Shown here piece after piece: positions 62,039 to 64,000 of a stretch of 64,000 nt of DNA. Origin of the DNA: Tubiluchus corallicola (lineage: Eukaryota; Animalia; Priapulida); NCBI GenBank assembly GCA_030141605.1, contig JAQGDQ010000213.1, positions 186,001 through 250,000 of the forward strand, given 5' to 3'. Below the pieces are notes generated by a model, which had not been told where the DNA came from, made no database searches, and saw only the letters and a list, made by a program, of their open reading frames with translations. The position numbers and the translations under genes were made by a program. Every line of letters begins with the position of its first letter. Within the stretch, counting starts at the first letter, position 1.

Positions 62039-62586
62039 CTGCTACTGCTACTGCTGCTTTTGCTGCTGCTGTTACTATATTTTTGAATATTATATAACCT
62101 ACCGGTTTTCGAAAATTTTTCTTTCTGCTGCGAAAACATATAATCGCATATCTTTGTTTTAGGAGCATCTTAAAAGGTGTGCGTGTCAGAGACGGAGATT
62201 GGCACTTTGTTTCTATGTCATGGAGTACTAGTGGAGATGCGATCGCCTGCTTTGATGGCAATTGTCAAACCATAACAGGTTTCGCGACAGGCTACCTACT
62301 GGAAGCCAATGGATTTGTAGTTGTTGGCCAAGACCAGGACACAATTCTGGGCGGTTACGATCCTCACCAAAGTTTTGTTGGCGAGCTCAGTAGCTTCAAC
62401 ATTATTACGAAGGCGTTTAATGAAACGGAACATCTCCATTTTGCCGAAGAATGCTACATTGACGATGGCGATGTGATCCGTTGGACGGATTTTAGAGCAG
62501 CTATTAGAGGAAAATTAAATGTGTACTCGCCCTCTTCTATTTGCGCCAAAAAATTTTTCCTCCAGGCTAATTCTGATGATAAATGA
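60800..62586 (+). CDS. Secreted short pentraxin (CRP/SAP/neuronal-pentraxin-like domain), ~248 aa, 3 exons
   Basis: Exons 60800-60851 (MKTVCAGAIVRFLSVVC, donor gtaagt), 61243-61513, 62163-62586; phases 1 and 2 match. Motifs TILSYATMNNANEF, DGDWHFVSMSW, VVVGQDQDTILGGYDPHQSFVGELSSFNI, GDVIRW. AATAAA at ~62773. Confidence 0.9.
61928..62075. repeat. (TTA)n microsatellite in pentraxin intron 2
   Basis: Directly visible. Confidence 0.97.
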
Positions 62587-63426
62587 AACATTTTTTAACA
62601 GTCCAAGTAACTGCACAATCTGCTGTATACCTTTGTAATTGATGCCTTAATACCAGCTAATAATTTTTTTGAAAATTCTTTCTTGTCCTAAAGTTTTGCC
62701 AAGTTGTTTGTACATTACAGTTATGTTTTATCTTTATCAATCCCTTTTTGTCTTCAGACATTTGTTAATTGAAATAAATTGCTTTAAAAATCTTGCCTTG
62801 TGCGAATTTGTTGTTATTTATTGTTTCTTTTATTTAGGTTATATTTTCATATTTTTGTTTGCAATTAAATTTAAATTCAGCAGATTAGACACGTAACGAC
62901 AACCTTTAATTTGAACATATGTAGTAAACTCAAACACCCGTCAAAACAGCGCTGAACAAAGTGCTCTGGTGTTAAAAGCTTGAGTGAAAATGACTAACGC
63001 CAAGTCACAGCTTTCCCCACAGATTTCTTATTTGCTCATCTTGATTGTGATATTGCAATGGTGCGTAGCACAAACGCAAAGCTGTTAAATGTTAGGTAGT
63101 GACAATGTTCTCAAAACTGTGGCAGGTTGTAGGGCTTAACATTCCCATTATGGCTTTTTGGAGGTTATCAAGTTGAACGTTCCCTGTGTGGCTTTTTTGT
63201 GATTACCTGTTAGTGCAAACAAACAAACCGATTGGATGCTGTACTGTGCCCACTCAAATTTTGAGAAATGTATTTTAGGGTGTTACTTTTTCAGTGACCA
63301 ATAATAATTATCCATATACATGTCAACTTACATACCGAACCGGCAGATGCATTTAGTTGTTCCGAGTTATGTATTTTAACTAGACATTTAAGCTATATAA
63401 CTAATACATAATTGTTCAATAATTTT

Positions 63427-63427
63427 G

Positions 63428-63476
<49 letters not shown>
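63427..63476. repeat. (TA)n(TG)n microsatellite
   Basis: Directly visible; another (TA)n runs off the window end from ~63977. Confidence 0.95.
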
Positions 63477-64000
63477 ATGTGTAACTTAGGAACTATTATA
63501 AATTTGAACATGAGTTTAAATTAGAAAATTATTTGGTATTGGTAGCGCAGAAAATTCTGTCTTTTGCAAAAAACTGAATCAGTTCGCATACATTGGCTAC
63601 TGAAACAGAAAGGCATCATTAACCAAAGAGCTTCCTGTTAACAAACGCTTACGTATATATTGTAAAGAATCAGCATAGTCATTACAACTATGAGCAGTGG
63701 TAAATATTTGTTTTGGGCAGAAAGCAGCGACCGATTAATGCTATTAATTATTTGTAATTTAATAAACAAATGTTTTTTAAATAGGAAGAATATATAAAAT
63801 TTAGTATTCAGTTTTATTATTACAGTTCAACTATATTTGATGAATACACTTGATTACTTTTGTCTTTATAAATATAAATTTTGTTCATAACACCATTACA
63901 TAATATTCACAATTCATCCAAGTCATCCACGTGCCTCAGTGACTTGGGCAAATCTACTAGCTTTGCTGGCATGCCTTATATATATATATATATATATATA

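Overview
AT-rich, intron-containing animal DNA, most likely from an invertebrate. It is not prokaryotic, and most ORFs in the track are microsatellite translations or partial exons. I assembled four spliced genes by hand from GT-AG sites and codon phase, all on the + strand. (1) A ~1402-aa LRR surface protein (signal peptide, LRRNT, many LRRs, LRRCT, Thr/Pro mucin stalk, FN3, hydrophobic anchor); its start codon probably lies in a small exon 10 kb upstream. (2) An SLC17/sialin-like MFS transporter lacking the TM4 proton-coupling residues. (3) A secreted ~324-aa protein with a furin-type propeptide and three 8-Cys variants of the chitin-binding type-2 domain. (4) A secreted ~248-aa short pentraxin that has lost its canonical disulfide. 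Introns and intergenic DNA hold non-autonomous DNA transposons (two hAT-like, one Harbinger-like, one subterminal-repeat MITE), RTE LINE fragments (one nested in a hAT element with a 13-bp TSD), SINE-like remnants, tandem duplications and many microsatellites. No database search was run; all family calls come from motif recognition.
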